In this document: one piece after another, positions 12,175 to 24,771 of the stretch
Layout: the number at the start of each line of letters is the position of its first letter
How positions within the stretch are numbered: the stretch's first letter is position 1
NCBI GenBank assembly: GCA_964016885.1
Contig: OZ024746.1
Location: 62,620,001-62,684,000 of the forward strand
Length of the DNA: 64,000 bases
Direction: 5' to 3'
DNA from: Eledone cirrhosa
Lineage: Eukaryota
Translations under genes and position numbers: made by a program
Notes under the pieces: generated by a model
The model's database searches: none
Seen by the model: only the letters and a program-made list of their open reading frames with translations
Told to the model about the DNA's origin: nothing

Positions 12175-12571
12175 TCAGAAGAGATTGTTTTGGTAAAAAC
12201 AGGAGTAAGCAGGAGAAAGCTCTCAACAATCATAGTTTTAAGTTACGATGGAGAATTTTATAAAAATGACAAAATAAAATACTGAGGTTACATATATCGT
12301 TTAATCATTATAATTATTTCTACGGTTCTCCAAGCAATCGAGATGCATTTGCTGTTGTTACGAGAACGGTATCCTCAGATGATATCCGATATGTTTGATA
12401 TGTCGCTGGAAGGAAAAAACACACGTCCTATTTCTTGTGTGCCCGACATATCAAACATATCGGATATCGTTCTCGTAACAACAGCAAATGCATCTCGATT
12501 GCATGGAGAACCGTGGAAATAATTATAATGATTAAACGATATATGTAACCTCAGCATCTTATTTTGTCATT
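12175..12571. mobile_element. Fold-back hammerhead element
   Basis: Inverted repeat 12265-12405/12444-12571; (TA)n on the left, LINE UTR fragment on the right. Confidence 0.78.
12304..12383 (-). ncRNA. Type I hammerhead ribozyme (family II-like)
   Basis: Minus strand: ATCAT-CTGAGGA-TACCGTTCTC...GAGAACCGTA-GAAA-TAATTA-TA-ATGAT; palindromic stem III ATAATTAT. Confidence 0.8.
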
Positions 12572-12777
12572 GTCTGTAATGTGGCCATGTAGGCAACACG
12601 GTAAAAACCTCCCAGCCCCACACTGTAAATGTGGTTGGTGTTAGGAAGGGCATCCAGCTGTAGAAAACCCGCCAGACAGTCCTATGCGAGCAAGACAATC
12701 ACTCTTGCCTCAAGTGGGAAAACCCCCGTCCAAACCCATGCAAGCGTGGAACACGGACGTTAAACGTTGATGATGAT
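12572..12777 (+). mobile_element. RTE 3' UTR fragment
   Basis: Near-identical to 5467-5676. Confidence 0.88.
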
Positions 12778-12789
12778 ATATATATTTTT

Positions 12790-13005
12790 TTTTAACGATC
12801 GACTTTCGTCAAATCGGACCGAGGGAACAATGTTTCCGTTGGTCTTTCCAATTGCTAATACTATCTATCGGTCGCAACTCCAGGTAGAAGGAGCAACGTG
12901 AAATAAAGTGTCTTGCTCAAGGACATAACGCATCGCCTGGTCCAGGAATCGAACTCACGACCTTACGATTGCGAATACAATTCTCTAACCACTCAGCCAC
13001 ACGCC

Positions 13006-13007
<2 letters not shown>
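12790..13007 (-). mobile_element. tRNA-derived SINE related to family B
   Basis: Minus strand GGCGTGTGGCTGAGTGGTTAGAG..GTGAGTTCGATTCC..CCTTGAGCAAGACACTTTATTTCAC. Confidence 0.82.
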
Positions 13008-13046
<39 letters not shown>

Positions 13047-13050
<4 letters not shown>

Positions 13051-13167
13051 ATAATAATAAATTTGAAGACTAAAATCCAAAGAGGGCTCGATAGGGATAA
13101 ATATATAACAAATATATAAGAACCGTAGAGCAATTCTTTGCTTAAACTTTAATCTGTTATTTTAATA
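13047..13167. repeat. Dispersed ~120-bp repeat embedded in (TA)n
   Basis: Reverse-oriented copies at 24013-24086 (internally deleted) and 50191-50306. Confidence 0.85.
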
Positions 13168-13196
13168 TATATATATATAAACACATTGTATATATT

Positions 13197-13690
13197 ATCT
13201 CCCATACAACTCTGAGTTTTTCATCCTCAGTGTATACTGATTAATGTTCAGAGCCATCCTCAGTATTCTCATGTAGCACCCATCCACCATCTGAGTGAGT
13301 TTCTTGGTCAGTGTCCAAGTCTCAGACCCATACAGCAGCACAGACTCCACTACAGCAATGAAGAGGCGGATTTTCAGGTCTCTACGAAGGTCCGACTTCC
13401 ACACCGATCTCAAGCTGTATGTCAAAAGTGACACAGAGGAGACTGAGGTTAGCTGGACATGCTCACCGACATCCAGAGTTGACATTGCACTCAGTACTCC
13501 TTTGGGAGCCCCTACATGGACACACTAGAAGAGGAAGACCAAGGTTAACGTATGTTGATGCCCTAAGGACAGACACTGGTCTGTTGGAGATGCAGGACAT
13601 GGCAGCGATAATGAGGGACAGAGACCACTGGAGAGAACTCGTCCATGGATCTCGAGAATTTTACCCGCCTTAGATAGAGAGAGATAGATA
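13197..13690. mobile_element. RTE-like LINE 3' fragment with 5' inversion
   Basis: Minus 13413-13197 encodes SVWKSDL..LLYGSETWTL..ELYGR; plus 13415-13673 continues KVTQRRLRLAGH..RRGRPRLTYVD..RDHWR. Confidence 0.88.
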
Positions 13691-13697
13691 TATTATC

Positions 13698-13795
13698 TTT
13701 ATGTTCATACACGAAATAAAAAGTGGTACCTAAGGTTTCAAGGTCAAACTATGGCCAACTTAGGTAGTGCTTTTTGTTCTGTGTATGAACATAAA
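13698..13795. repeat. Imperfect fold-back with partial hammerhead
   Basis: TTTATGTTCATACAC/GTGTATGAACATAAA arms; minus strand GAAA-CCTTAGG-TA. Confidence 0.6.
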
Positions 13796-13858
13796 TAAAT
13801 AATATAATATATCAACTCTTGCACCAGACTGAGCACTGTTTTCCTTTTTCATATCCAC

Positions 13859-13897
<39 letters not shown>

Positions 13898-13900
<3 letters not shown>

Positions 13901-13974
13901 GGTGTCCCAAAAAATGTATACACATATTTATTAGAATGCTGTTGAAGTGTGTATACATTTTTGGGGGCACCCTG
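13898..13974. mobile_element. Tc1/mariner-type MITE
   Basis: TA-CAGGGTGTCCCAAAAAATGTATACAC ... GTGTATACATTTTTGGGGGCACCCTG-TA; another copy at 44849-44903. Confidence 0.82.
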
Positions 13975-14246
13975 TACGTATATATATGAAATGTAGTTGT
14001 GTCAATGCAAATGACTATAATAACAATCTCTATAAACAATAGTGGGGAGCAAACTGGGCAAAGTACCTCTAGAGTGAGTAAAAGTGGAGAGAGGTGGCTG
14101 TAAGGAATCAAACCCCACATCTCCCAGATAGCAGGTAAGTGTGTTAACTATTAAACTAAAGGGTCCCTGGTCATTAATTGCCATCTTTTAGAAGATTTTA
14201 AGCCTGTAGCCAGAACTCAACTCTTGCTAGAAGACATTAATTAATG

Positions 14247-14430
14247 TGGATTGGCAGTATCGGTAGAGGGTCAGATGCCATGCTTTGACACATAGTGTTA
14301 TGACCCTTGCCATTCTGAGTTCAAATCCCGCCAAGTTAACTTTACCTTTCATCCTTATGGGGTCGATAAAATAAAGTACCAGTAATACACTGGGTAATTG
14401 CTGGCCTTGTGCCAAAAGTAGAAACAATTA
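14247..14430 (+). mobile_element. tRNA-derived SINE family A
   Basis: Same A/B boxes and central domain as other copies; older copy at 16145-16365. Confidence 0.88.
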
Positions 14431-14557
14431 ATTAATGATGGGTGATAATATTAAAGTATACATTTGTGAAATATATATTTAGGTAAATACACACAGAAAG
14501 GTATATACACATAGAAATAACTAGATAAGAATTCCAAAAATATTGATTACTTCTTAC

Positions 14558-14560
14558 CAT
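14558..14560 (-). CDS. Candidate 3-nt microexon (ATG)
   Basis: ~90-nt polypyrimidine tract ending ctgtcttctag, then ATG, then gtaaga. Confidence 0.35.
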
Positions 14561-15447
14561 CTAGAAGACAGAAAGAAAGAAAGAAAAGGGGAGAAAGGAA
14601 AGAAAAAAGGAAGAAAGAAGGGAAAAAAAGGAAAAGAAAGAAAGAAAGAAGCTCATGCGAAAGTCAAAGTGTTTGACAGACCAGTTCGGTTGAAATGAAA
14701 TGTAACAAGATGGCATCAAACCAAGAAAATAAATATATCTACAACAAGAGTGATGATGTCTTTACCAGAAAGTTTTCATCACTTTTGGCTTGGAAACATT
14801 CTACAAAGACAGGTAGCAATTATTCTATTAGATATTCTGTCTAGTGACCTATTCAACAAAACTATTCTTTATTCATTTCTTTGGCCTTACATTTTTACCT
14901 TAGTAACAACATTTTATTTATCTCTCTATTTACTTCATTTATTCAACTGCTAACAGTTTTTCTTTACATTTTTCAGTATTATGTGTTGGGTGATTTTATG
15001 AGGAAGTTTATATATTCACATGAATTTATTTACAATAAATAAATAGAATAGAATGAATGGAAGTAACTCTCTTTAGATGAACTAAACTCTGACTAAACAT
15101 GTAAAGAGGGACTCTCTAGACCTGGTAGATAACTTCTAGTACCAGCTGCACAATAAGATGAACCCACTCTACATAAATGGATGTAAATAACATGACATAC
15201 ACAACAACACATTTTAGTGAAGTTTCTCCGTTGTTGTAGCAGCAAATTGGTAGATTCATTAGAACATCAGATAGAATTATTTGTGCCATTCATTCCAGCT
15301 CTCTATACTCTCAGTTCAAATCCTACCATGGTCAACTTAGCTTTTCATCCTTTGAGGTTTTAAAAAAAAAGTTCCAGTCAAATACTAAGGTCAACTCCTC
15401 TCTCTTGCTCTTTCAGAAACCCGGAGAGGGGATGGGCTCTACCAGGT

Positions 15448-15659
15448 TTAACCCTTTAGCATTTAAACTAGCCATATTTGTCCAGAATTCTCTCACCACT
15501 TTCTGTTCAAACCAGTTGTACTGGTCACTCATACTGACGTTAACATATTGTTCTCAAAATAAATATCAAAATCTCACAAATTCGATATTATGTGAGATAA
15601 AGCCTTTTATGTGAAAATACAAGAGTAAATATAGAGTAATGTGAATGCTAAAGGGTTAG
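15448..15659 (+). mobile_element. piggyBac-type MITE
   Basis: TTAACCCTTTAGCATTT ... AATGCTAAAGGGTTA. Confidence 0.82.
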
Positions 15660-16668
15660 GGGACACCAAACAGCTCCATACATAGATACATTGTTGTTGT
15701 GTCTCTTATCTAGTGAAACACTACTAAAACAACTCTGTCTAACCCAGTAGTACTTAACCTTTTTATGTCTAACATTCCCTTTCAAATATTCAAATATTTG
15801 AAAAAGTTAACACTCATCTCCACCAAATACATTTGACAAGTGACAATGCAATAATTATAAAAAATGGTTTATTATGCAACGTGAAAGTAATGATTGACTT
15901 ATTTGCACTCCTAAGTAATTAAAATAAATTAATAACATTGGTACAAATTTTTTTTTTTTTAATGAACATAAACAGAACTGATTACTGCCAGCAAAAAAAA
16001 AAAAATGATAAATAAATAACGTGAGAACTTAATGCACTTAATGAAGAATAATATTACATTTATGCAATTTACTGGCTACCTGATGATATTTGACTAATGT
16101 TTCAATATCATGTTTAATGTTTGACAAACATTATCTTAAGTTAGGGTGGTGGGTTGGCAGAATCAGTAGAGCATCAAAAACCATGCTTTGCAGCATAGAG
16201 TTACAGCCATTTATGTTCTGAGTTCAAATCCCATTGAGGTTAGCTTTGCCTTTCATCCTTACGGGGTCAATAAAATAAAGCGCCAGTAATGCACTGGGGT
16301 TGATCTAATCGACTTTCTCCTCTCCCCAAAATTGCTGGCCTTGTGCCTATAGTAGTAATCATTATCTTAAATTCCCTCTTTCTCTTATTTGCCATCTATT
16401 TTTGTTGTTTAGTTAACAAATGTAACACTGATCCTTTCTCAAGTATGAAAAAGGAAAAAACAATGTGCAACAACATTATTTCTTGTCACAGTACAAGTTT
16501 TATAGCTTAGGCCAGAATGCTTCTTACCCACTTCCTTGAGACTGTATATGAGGTGCAAAAATATTTTAAAATCTATTAACTTTTCAAGCAGGTTTGAATG
16601 ACCAAAATATGCAGCAGAAAAAAATGTATTTATGACCCATTCAGGTAGTTTCAGGTCAACAAAGACTG

Positions 16669-16913
16669 TAACCCTTTTGATACAAAACCACCCATGACTT
16701 ATTATATAAAACTGCTTGTTTTAAAATGTTTACACTTTTATCAAAACCTTCCATCATAATTTTCTTTAAGAAATTTTTATCAAATAATGTTCTAAATATC
16801 AGCTTACTACTGAATCAGTTATTTCATTGAATTCTTCAAAATTTGTTTAATATTTTCCAAATTAATTGAAACACAGAGGTTTTTCATTAGAGATACATTA
16901 ATGAAAGGGTTAA
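16669..16913 (+). mobile_element. Older piggyBac-type MITE family
   Basis: TAACCCTTT ... AAAGGGTTAA ends; diverged relatives at ~17958-18242 and 26247-26504 (reverse). Confidence 0.55.
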
Positions 16914-18267
16914 ATCTGGTCCCGATATCATCTTTTAGTGCCTTAAGTTGGGAATAATAACATTCCGTATCTGTATCTAAAATCAAATCCTTATCATCAT
17001 ATATTACACGTAGTTACAAACCAGTGAATATTAAGTCATGCAAATACTAATTTATAAAATATAATTTTTCTGATAAAAGGATTGATAATTCCCCTTTTGC
17101 TTTAATAAGGTTCATATTGTTTCTTATATTTAATTTGTTGAAGATGTCAAACAGATAAGTGACATTGATTGTTTAGTTTTCTCGCTAATTACAGTTTCTT
17201 GTCAAACAAACACCCTAAAAACAATAAATAAATAAAAATCCAATAGAGTGTCATCATAGCTTTCATCAAAGTGTTGCAGATAATTTCCCTTCGAAAGTCA
17301 TTGAACTCCAATATAATAATAAATGATACTCAAATTCTTATTTTTAGAGAAAAGCTTCTTGAAAACTACAGATATTCAATGGAAAAGTTGTTATCTTATT
17401 TACTGCTTTATGAACATTGTGCAAAGTTTTGTGTTGTTTATCATTGAGATGTTTTGCAGATAAGTTTCAACAATGAATAATGCAGTAAATCATTTTAAAT
17501 GTGTTATAAATCTATGATGGCGACCACTCATAATAGGTGCTCCATCAATTGTATATGCAATAAGATTTGTGAGAAAGGAATATTTTTTGTTGCTTTTTGT
17601 AATCTGACACAAGAGTGCTCAACCACTGTATGAAACACAGAAGCTTTTCTTCTTTTTTGTCAGTTTTCAATTGTTGTGCAAATAATGTATACCATTTATA
17701 AGCTGAGAAATATGTCACACACACACACACAAAAAAAAAAAAAATAAAAAAATAAAAAAAATAAAAAATCGATGGTAAAACGGAGGATTTCGTTTTTTTT
17801 TCAATATCATTTGTCATTTTATCAATTCTTGTTAATATTAAACTATTGTTGAACAGAATTAGTGATGCTGTATTTATTACTTTTACCAGAGACCATCATA
17901 GTCATTACTACTTGATTTACAACTAGTAGGATAGAAGTTTCACCAATAGAATTGTGATTAACCCTTTCAGGATCATCCTTTTACGTCCGCTTTTCCCTGC
18001 TTGCATATTTCTAACAAAATAATACACTGTGAATGTTTTCAACTAATTTTTAACGTAAATAACAATTTGGAGGAATTTGGTAAAATAACAACATTTCCCA
18101 TTATTTAACTGCTGTTTGGAACATAACAGATTCTTAATTAAAATTTTAAGAACAGATTTAAATTAAAATAAAATGGGCAGTAGTATATCATAAAGTAAAG
18201 GGCAGTCTCAAGTGATCAAGTGAGTTGGTATTAAAAGGGTTCATTTTGACATTTTGTAGGCTGCAAT

Positions 18268-18427
18268 TACTGTATATACTCAAATATAAACCGATCCGAA
18301 TATAAGCCCCCTGCCCCTCTAAATTTATTTCTGAGAAATAAGCGAAATCCAAACCCCATTTATAAACCAAGGCAACTAAATCAATGATATTTTGGTCACA
18401 CATTCCTATATTCTAGTATATATGGTA
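18268..18427. mobile_element. Tc1/mariner-pogo-like MITE, degenerate
   Basis: TACTGTATATACTCAAATATAA ... CTAGTATATATGGTA; relative at 35618-36009. Confidence 0.55.
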
Positions 18428-21400
18428 ACCCTTTCTTTAATTGATTATTTTATTTTACAATCGACTCATTAATTGCAAATGAATTTTTAAATTTATCTCT
18501 TAAATCCTGAAAATATTCTACATTCATTTTTTTTTTTTTTTTTTGCTTTATCTGGAAAGTTTGTTTTTAAATAATAAATCATTCTTGAAAGTTTCATCCC
18601 TTCATTTGAGAATGTCCCACACCCATACACACCTTGACAAACAAATTGATGAATGTTTACTAAATAATGGATGGAACAATTTCATATTTCAGATATTTAC
18701 ACAGATATTTACATTTGCTATTTTCACTTCTTTTTCGGTACTAACCATAGCATCAATTTTAATGAAGGACTAGTATTAAAAAAATACTTGTAGCTTCAAG
18801 TGACTGTTGTATGAAATAAATTAATGATCATTTCTTTTATACTCATTTAAATTTACTCCTTCAAATCAGTACAAATTGATCACAATATAAAATTAAGTTA
18901 ATTAAAGACTGGAGCTTAAGAACTGACACGTAGAAATTACATTTTATTTTATTTTTAGTAGTTGGTTACTTGGAAACTGATAAATATTTCGAAATGAACA
19001 AAAGAGCATAATACTTTCATTATTCAATACATTTGTTGCTAATTACTGACATTTTACTATAGAGGATATCACCCACTAACATCTAACTTCTGTAATGGTA
19101 GTGTTATAGAAAAAAAATCAAACTTAATGCCTAAACAGTAATCCATCTAAGTGGGACCACTTTAGTTCACCTTCACTACTAATTGTCCTTTTCAATGGAA
19201 ATTCAATGACATTGTCATGATTGATATCATTCATTATCAAAATTTGAAGACATGGTTTTTTTTTTAAATTGAGCAGTTTACATTAATCAGACTACAATAA
19301 AGAATATTGAAAGGAAGTATTCGATAACAAAAGCATTAACAAATGGACGTCTGTATGTATGGACCTGTAACTCTTGGAGTTGTAAGGGCTTTGTTGTGAC
19401 ATATACACATGACATCATAACTGTCATCCTTCCATACCCTTTAACCTATTATCACATACCCATGACTTCATGTTTGTCACCCTTCTTAAGCCCTACTCTC
19501 TTCATACTTATTCCCTAAACACAGCTGCTACCCTGAGACAATGCATCCTACTTGTCTCTTCCACCACATAGAGCAGAGAGATTTCTTCAATCAAGTCAAT
19601 GGCTGACAGCTTCCTTAGTGCCACAATAAAATGCACCTGCTTTCTTGGATATTTTAAACCCATCCCAAAGAAGAAAAGGATGAGGGGGTAGGAAGATGAA
19701 TTGACCTCAATACCGGACAGGTGAAAACATTTTTTATCAATTTCAAAAAAATAAAAGGTAAAGTTAACCTCGGCAGTATTTGAACTCAGAGAATGCTGAC
19801 AGCCAATATTCCAATAACCCTGCCAATTCACTACCTATTAACAAATGGAAGTATTCAATTGAAAAAGTTACTTTCTCAATATTGATAACATAAAATCCAT
19901 GCATTAAGATATTAGCTTTATAATGAGGTTTATAGTAGCTATTATAAAATATAAAGTCACTGCCACTGCTCAATCATTTTAATCTTCTTGAGGAAGATTA
20001 TTTTACTTTTATCTTGCTATAGATTTAAATAATTTATTGTCCATTAATTAAATTTATGAAGGCATTAATTTTACCATGAGATTAAAACCAGTTTAAAATA
20101 AAGTCATTGGTCAATAATATTTTATTCTATAATAATATTTAATTAGCTTTCATTAGTTCTTCCACTAAAAATTTGATGAATAAAAAATAAATTAGAAAGT
20201 TCATTATGTTGATCTTCGATAACAGTGTGTCACTTTCAGTTAGTCAAACTGTATCAGATTCACTAAAGGCCATGTAGAAGAATTTTTTTTCTGATTCTGT
20301 GCTGTGGTGACCAGGGACATTTCATAACAAAATCATCTGAAACTGCCTTGGTTAGATCATACAAATCTCCTCCTTTTAAAATATTCGCCTTTATATAAAA
20401 ACCTTCCACCAATATTTTTTTTAAAGAAATTTGTGTTAAGTAATGTTCCAAACGTCAGCTTAATTGTGAAAAGGTTAATTATTTTATTAAATTTCTCCAA
20501 ATGTTTTGGTTATTTTCAAAATTAATTGACACACATGGGTAGTTTAAAATAGTGTAACAAAAGGATAAAAAATTACTTTTTTGTGTTGTTCATTATTGTG
20601 TAGTATTAAATTGTTAAAAAATATATTCTGTTCATATTCTTGCTACTATTCGGATTTTGTTGTTTAAAATGGCAATAGTATCAAAACAACAAAATTCTAA
20701 ACAATAATAGAATCACACCCATTTTCCACAACATAAAAAATAATTTAACAACAACAGCACAAAATTAAATTCACAGCCATAACCAAATAGTATCCCCAAT
20801 GATAAACAAGCAGGCCACAGCCCAGCATCAAACAAAAACTTCTTCCACAGTTGTGAAGCAACATAATACCAGCTACAGTTTGATGTGAAAGTGGAATGTT
20901 ATTATCAAAAGTGGCATTTAATATAACTAAATCATGGTAATGAATCAATGAAATCAATTCCCAGATAGATTCCAGTGGCCCACTAATGTTTATCACCACA
21001 TCATCATTGCCATTGTTGTTTTACACCCTTTTTCCAGGCATGCATGGGTTGGACAAAATGTATACTTAGCCTTATATTATGTGCTGACCATAGTTTTTGG
21101 CAAAGTTTTTCTGGTTGGATGCCCTTTCTATCACTAACCACTTTACAGTGTGGACAAGGTGTATTTCATTGTGCCACCAGCACTAGAGAAATTGCCTGAT
21201 CGGACAGCAAAGTCATCACTGCGCTGTGTCATAAATTTGGAGCGAATGCTCTTCCAGATGGGTTGCCTTCGCTAAGGCTTGCAGAACCCATGCCTACCCA
21301 ATGCAATCTTATTTATTTGGAGTGACTACTCTCCTAGACAGGCTGTCTTCTCTGTGGCTTACGGAGCCCATGTCCACTCAGTGTTTTGCCCTTGCCAGCA

Positions 21401-21483
21401 TGGCAAGCTGATGTAAAATGCTGATAATGATGAAAAAAATAATAGTTGAAAAAGTGCATGGAAATATGAAGATTTACAAAATG

Positions 21484-21722
21484 TTATCAAAACTATCCAA
21501 TTATGTCTGGCATTTGAAAGAACATGTTACTGATTTCAACATCAAGTTGAAGGTCGATGTGAAGTGCATATCATACAGAAAAGGTAGCCAAAAGTTGTGG
21601 ATTGTATATAGCTGAAAAGAGCCATACACCCAAGAACATTAACAAATCCACAGACCATCTAAATACCAGACCAGAGATATTCAACAAGTGCCACCACTTC
21701 AATAAATATCTACTAAAACAAC
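21484..21722 (+). pseudogene. Penelope-like element GIY-YIG endonuclease C-terminal remnant
   Basis: KLSNYVWHLKE..FNIK..KCISY, then after a frameshift CGLYIAEK..LNTRPEIFNKCHHFNKYLL, matching the LSxxxWxLK..CxLCxxEK..LNxRxE..xCRH..KxLL pattern; recognised by eye. Confidence 0.72.
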
Positions 21723-21971
21723 TGGATGGTTATCAACCCAAACTGAACAATTGAATTGATCAATAATTAACTATTTATTCCTGCAATGTTAACACAACAA
21801 AATATACTTCCTACCCCTAGAAACTCTGTTATCTATACTGTCAATCTATGCCAGTGAATCACTATACCATATGTTGCACTCATTGACACTTTCACAACTT
21901 TACCAAAGAGCAATATATGTAACACCCCTCCAAAGCAGTCATGTCTCAATCTTTTTTATATTTTATCTGTG

Positions 21972-22670
21972 TGTCACCCACCTCGTGGATTGTCTCTCTG
22001 CTGACCACTGGCTGTTGGTTTTAGTCTTCAGAGGCATTTTTGACCATTGTTGTCATTGACAGCATTTGGATGTTTTAAAAGCTGTTTTAGCAATGAGTTT
22101 CCTTATTTTTCTATGAAATCAAATATACTCTCATTTCGTCTCAGAGACAACAATGTCTATTCATTTAACTTTATCATAGCTATTTAGGACAGACACCACA
22201 GCTTGAGCTCCACTATCCCATTATTTTCTATTCTTAATTTTTGTTTTATCACACACATCATAACAGCAGAAAGATTTATTTTTTCTGCTGCATGATATAG
22301 CATTTTAAAATGGTACTCTCAATTAAATCATGCAAAATCACTTTGCTGGTTTGAAAGTTGATGAGGGTGAAGGTGTATGTGTGAACTTGTCTTGTACATC
22401 GCCTTTATTTCCTTTTTCCAATCAATTCTATGTGCCAACACACTTCTCCTTGCCCTCCTCCTCTCAATCTTTTCTATTTTTCATCTGCCAGTCACCCACC
22501 TCGTGAATTCTCTCTGCCGATCAGTGACCATTGTCCTCTGAGGCATTTTTGCCCATCACTATCATTGACAGCATTTGGCTATTTTAACAGTTGTTCTAGC
22601 AATGAGTTTTCTCATTTTTCAATGAATTCAAATATAATCTCGCTTCGTCTTGATCAGAGACAACATGGTT
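21972..22670. repeat. Diverged ~190-bp direct repeat pair
   Basis: GTCACCCACCTCGTG..GAGGCATTTTTG..TCATTGACAGCATTTGG..TAGCAATGAGTTT..CAGAGACAACA at 21972-22156 and 22491-22666. Confidence 0.8.
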
Positions 22671-23513
22671 TTTCTTAGATGACTCTATATAATAACATTT
22701 TACCAATGTTAAGAGAGCTTTAATTAGATTTTGCAAAATTCCCCTGCACTTTTTGAAAATTAGGTTTTTTCTTAATACATATTCTGATTCCATTTCCAAA
22801 TGTTAACCATTATTAGTTATGCTAATAAGAGGAAAGAAATACTGTGAAGGCTTCCAATGTTCAAAGTCTTTTTTAAGAATATTATATTATAAAGATATTT
22901 AACCCAGATAAATTTATACACTTGCTGTATTTACATTTATTACATATTATAGTTGTAATTGTTAGCATTTACAGTTGGTAGTAATAGTACTAGCAGCAGC
23001 AGTGATGGTGTTAATTCCATCAGTGGCACAAGTGGTATTAGTAGTAGTAATAGTAGTAGCAGCAACAGCAGCAATGGTAGTAGTAACAGCAGCAGTAGTG
23101 GTGTTAGTGTTAGTGGCAGTAGAAAGGTTGCACTACCAGTTGGGCAAGCACCTGCTATTAACCTATTTTAATTAAGTTTTAACCAATAAACAAAGTTGTT
23201 TCCCTTCCATTCAATCATTTCTTTTAACTTAATTATATTTTACTAAATGTTATTTTTCTTTAAACATTATCAATCATAAATCATTGATATTCATTAAATC
23301 ATCATCAAATCATTACCAACAGCATTATCAAAAACAAATGTTGCTAGGTGAATTGAGAGTGGAGAATGCATTCACTCTTTTGTGCATGTGTATCTCTCTA
23401 TACATGCACATGCACAAATATACATATATACATATACAGGAGTTGTAGTGCACCTGAGCACTGTACACAATTTCATTATTATTTTTTTTTATTACACATG
23501 CAAACACACACAT

Positions 23514-23564
<51 letters not shown>

Positions 23565-23569
<5 letters not shown>

Positions 23570-23804
23570 CGCATGGAGGATGACCGCTGGGTAAAGAAGT
23601 GCCAAGAAATCCCAGTGGACGGAAGACGCAGTAGAGGAAGACTACGAAAATCATGGGCAGAGGTGGTAAGAGCTGACCTCAGATCGCTGAAACTCACAGA
23701 GGAGATGACGAAGGAGCGTGACGAATGGAGAGATGGTGTGTTGAATAGGACCTGTCCCACTCTTCCGAGCAGGGAAAATCGGATGTAAAATGATGATGAT
23801 GATG

Positions 23805-23806
<2 letters not shown>
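23565..23806 (+). mobile_element. RTE LINE extreme 3' fragment
   Basis: MRMEDDRWVKKCQEIPVDGRRSRGR..W..V..DL; (GAT)n tail; same subfamily as 2849-3420. Confidence 0.9.
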
Positions 23807-23840
<34 letters not shown>

Positions 23841-23951
23841 TAACTCCAACACGCTCCAGTATTTTAACCCTTATATATATATATATATATATATACATAC
23901 ATACATGCCTGCTTCATTTTTGTATCTGTTTTGCAAGATTTTTTATCTGAA

Positions 23952-24017
<66 letters not shown>

Positions 24018-24161
24018 TAAAATAACAGATTAAAGTTTAAGCAAAGAATCTTTGGATTTTAGTCTTCAAATTTATTATTATTACTATATATATATATATA
24101 TATTTTATACATTGGATATATATATATATATATATATATCACTACATTGGATATATTGGAT

Positions 24162-24771
24162 ATATATATTGAGTTAAGAACTCAGGGTAGTCCCTTACAA
24201 TTAAATAGCTCTAAGAAAAAATAAATTGCTGTAGTTAGTATTTTTTCACTCTAGCAAATTTGTACGGCTCGGAAAAGCTTTTTTCTTAGAGCTATTTAAT
24301 TGTAAGGGACTACCCTGAGTTCTTAACTCAATATATATTTGTCAGCTCCATCATGTAGAGCTAATTTTTATTGTCCTGTCAGCCAGGCTGCTATCTTTAG
24401 CGGCAGGGAATTTCGAGACAAGCTGGGTTCCGAATGACACGTGCGATAATTCATATCGTACACAATTCATTCTCTAATATTTTTAGAAGTGAAAGGATCA
24501 CTAATTTCTCAACAACTACTGAGAAGCAGAGAAACGTGAGAACTTCACTTAATACGTCATTGCGAAAGTCTCCAACACTGCCTAGTTGTTACCAGGCATT
24601 TTTGCCTAATATAGGTCTGTTATTTTTCTGAATTTTTCTTAATTTAATATTTAAAGTTAAGGATAACAAACTATATTGCTGTAGTTAGTATTTTTTCATC
24701 CTAGCAAATTTTGGTCCTTACGATTCAAACACATGTATGTTTATATTAGTGTTCATCTCTCTTGTTTATTC

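Noticed and set aside
16080-16112. CTGATGA followed by a hairpin
   Set aside because: Lacks GAAA and a cleavage triplet.
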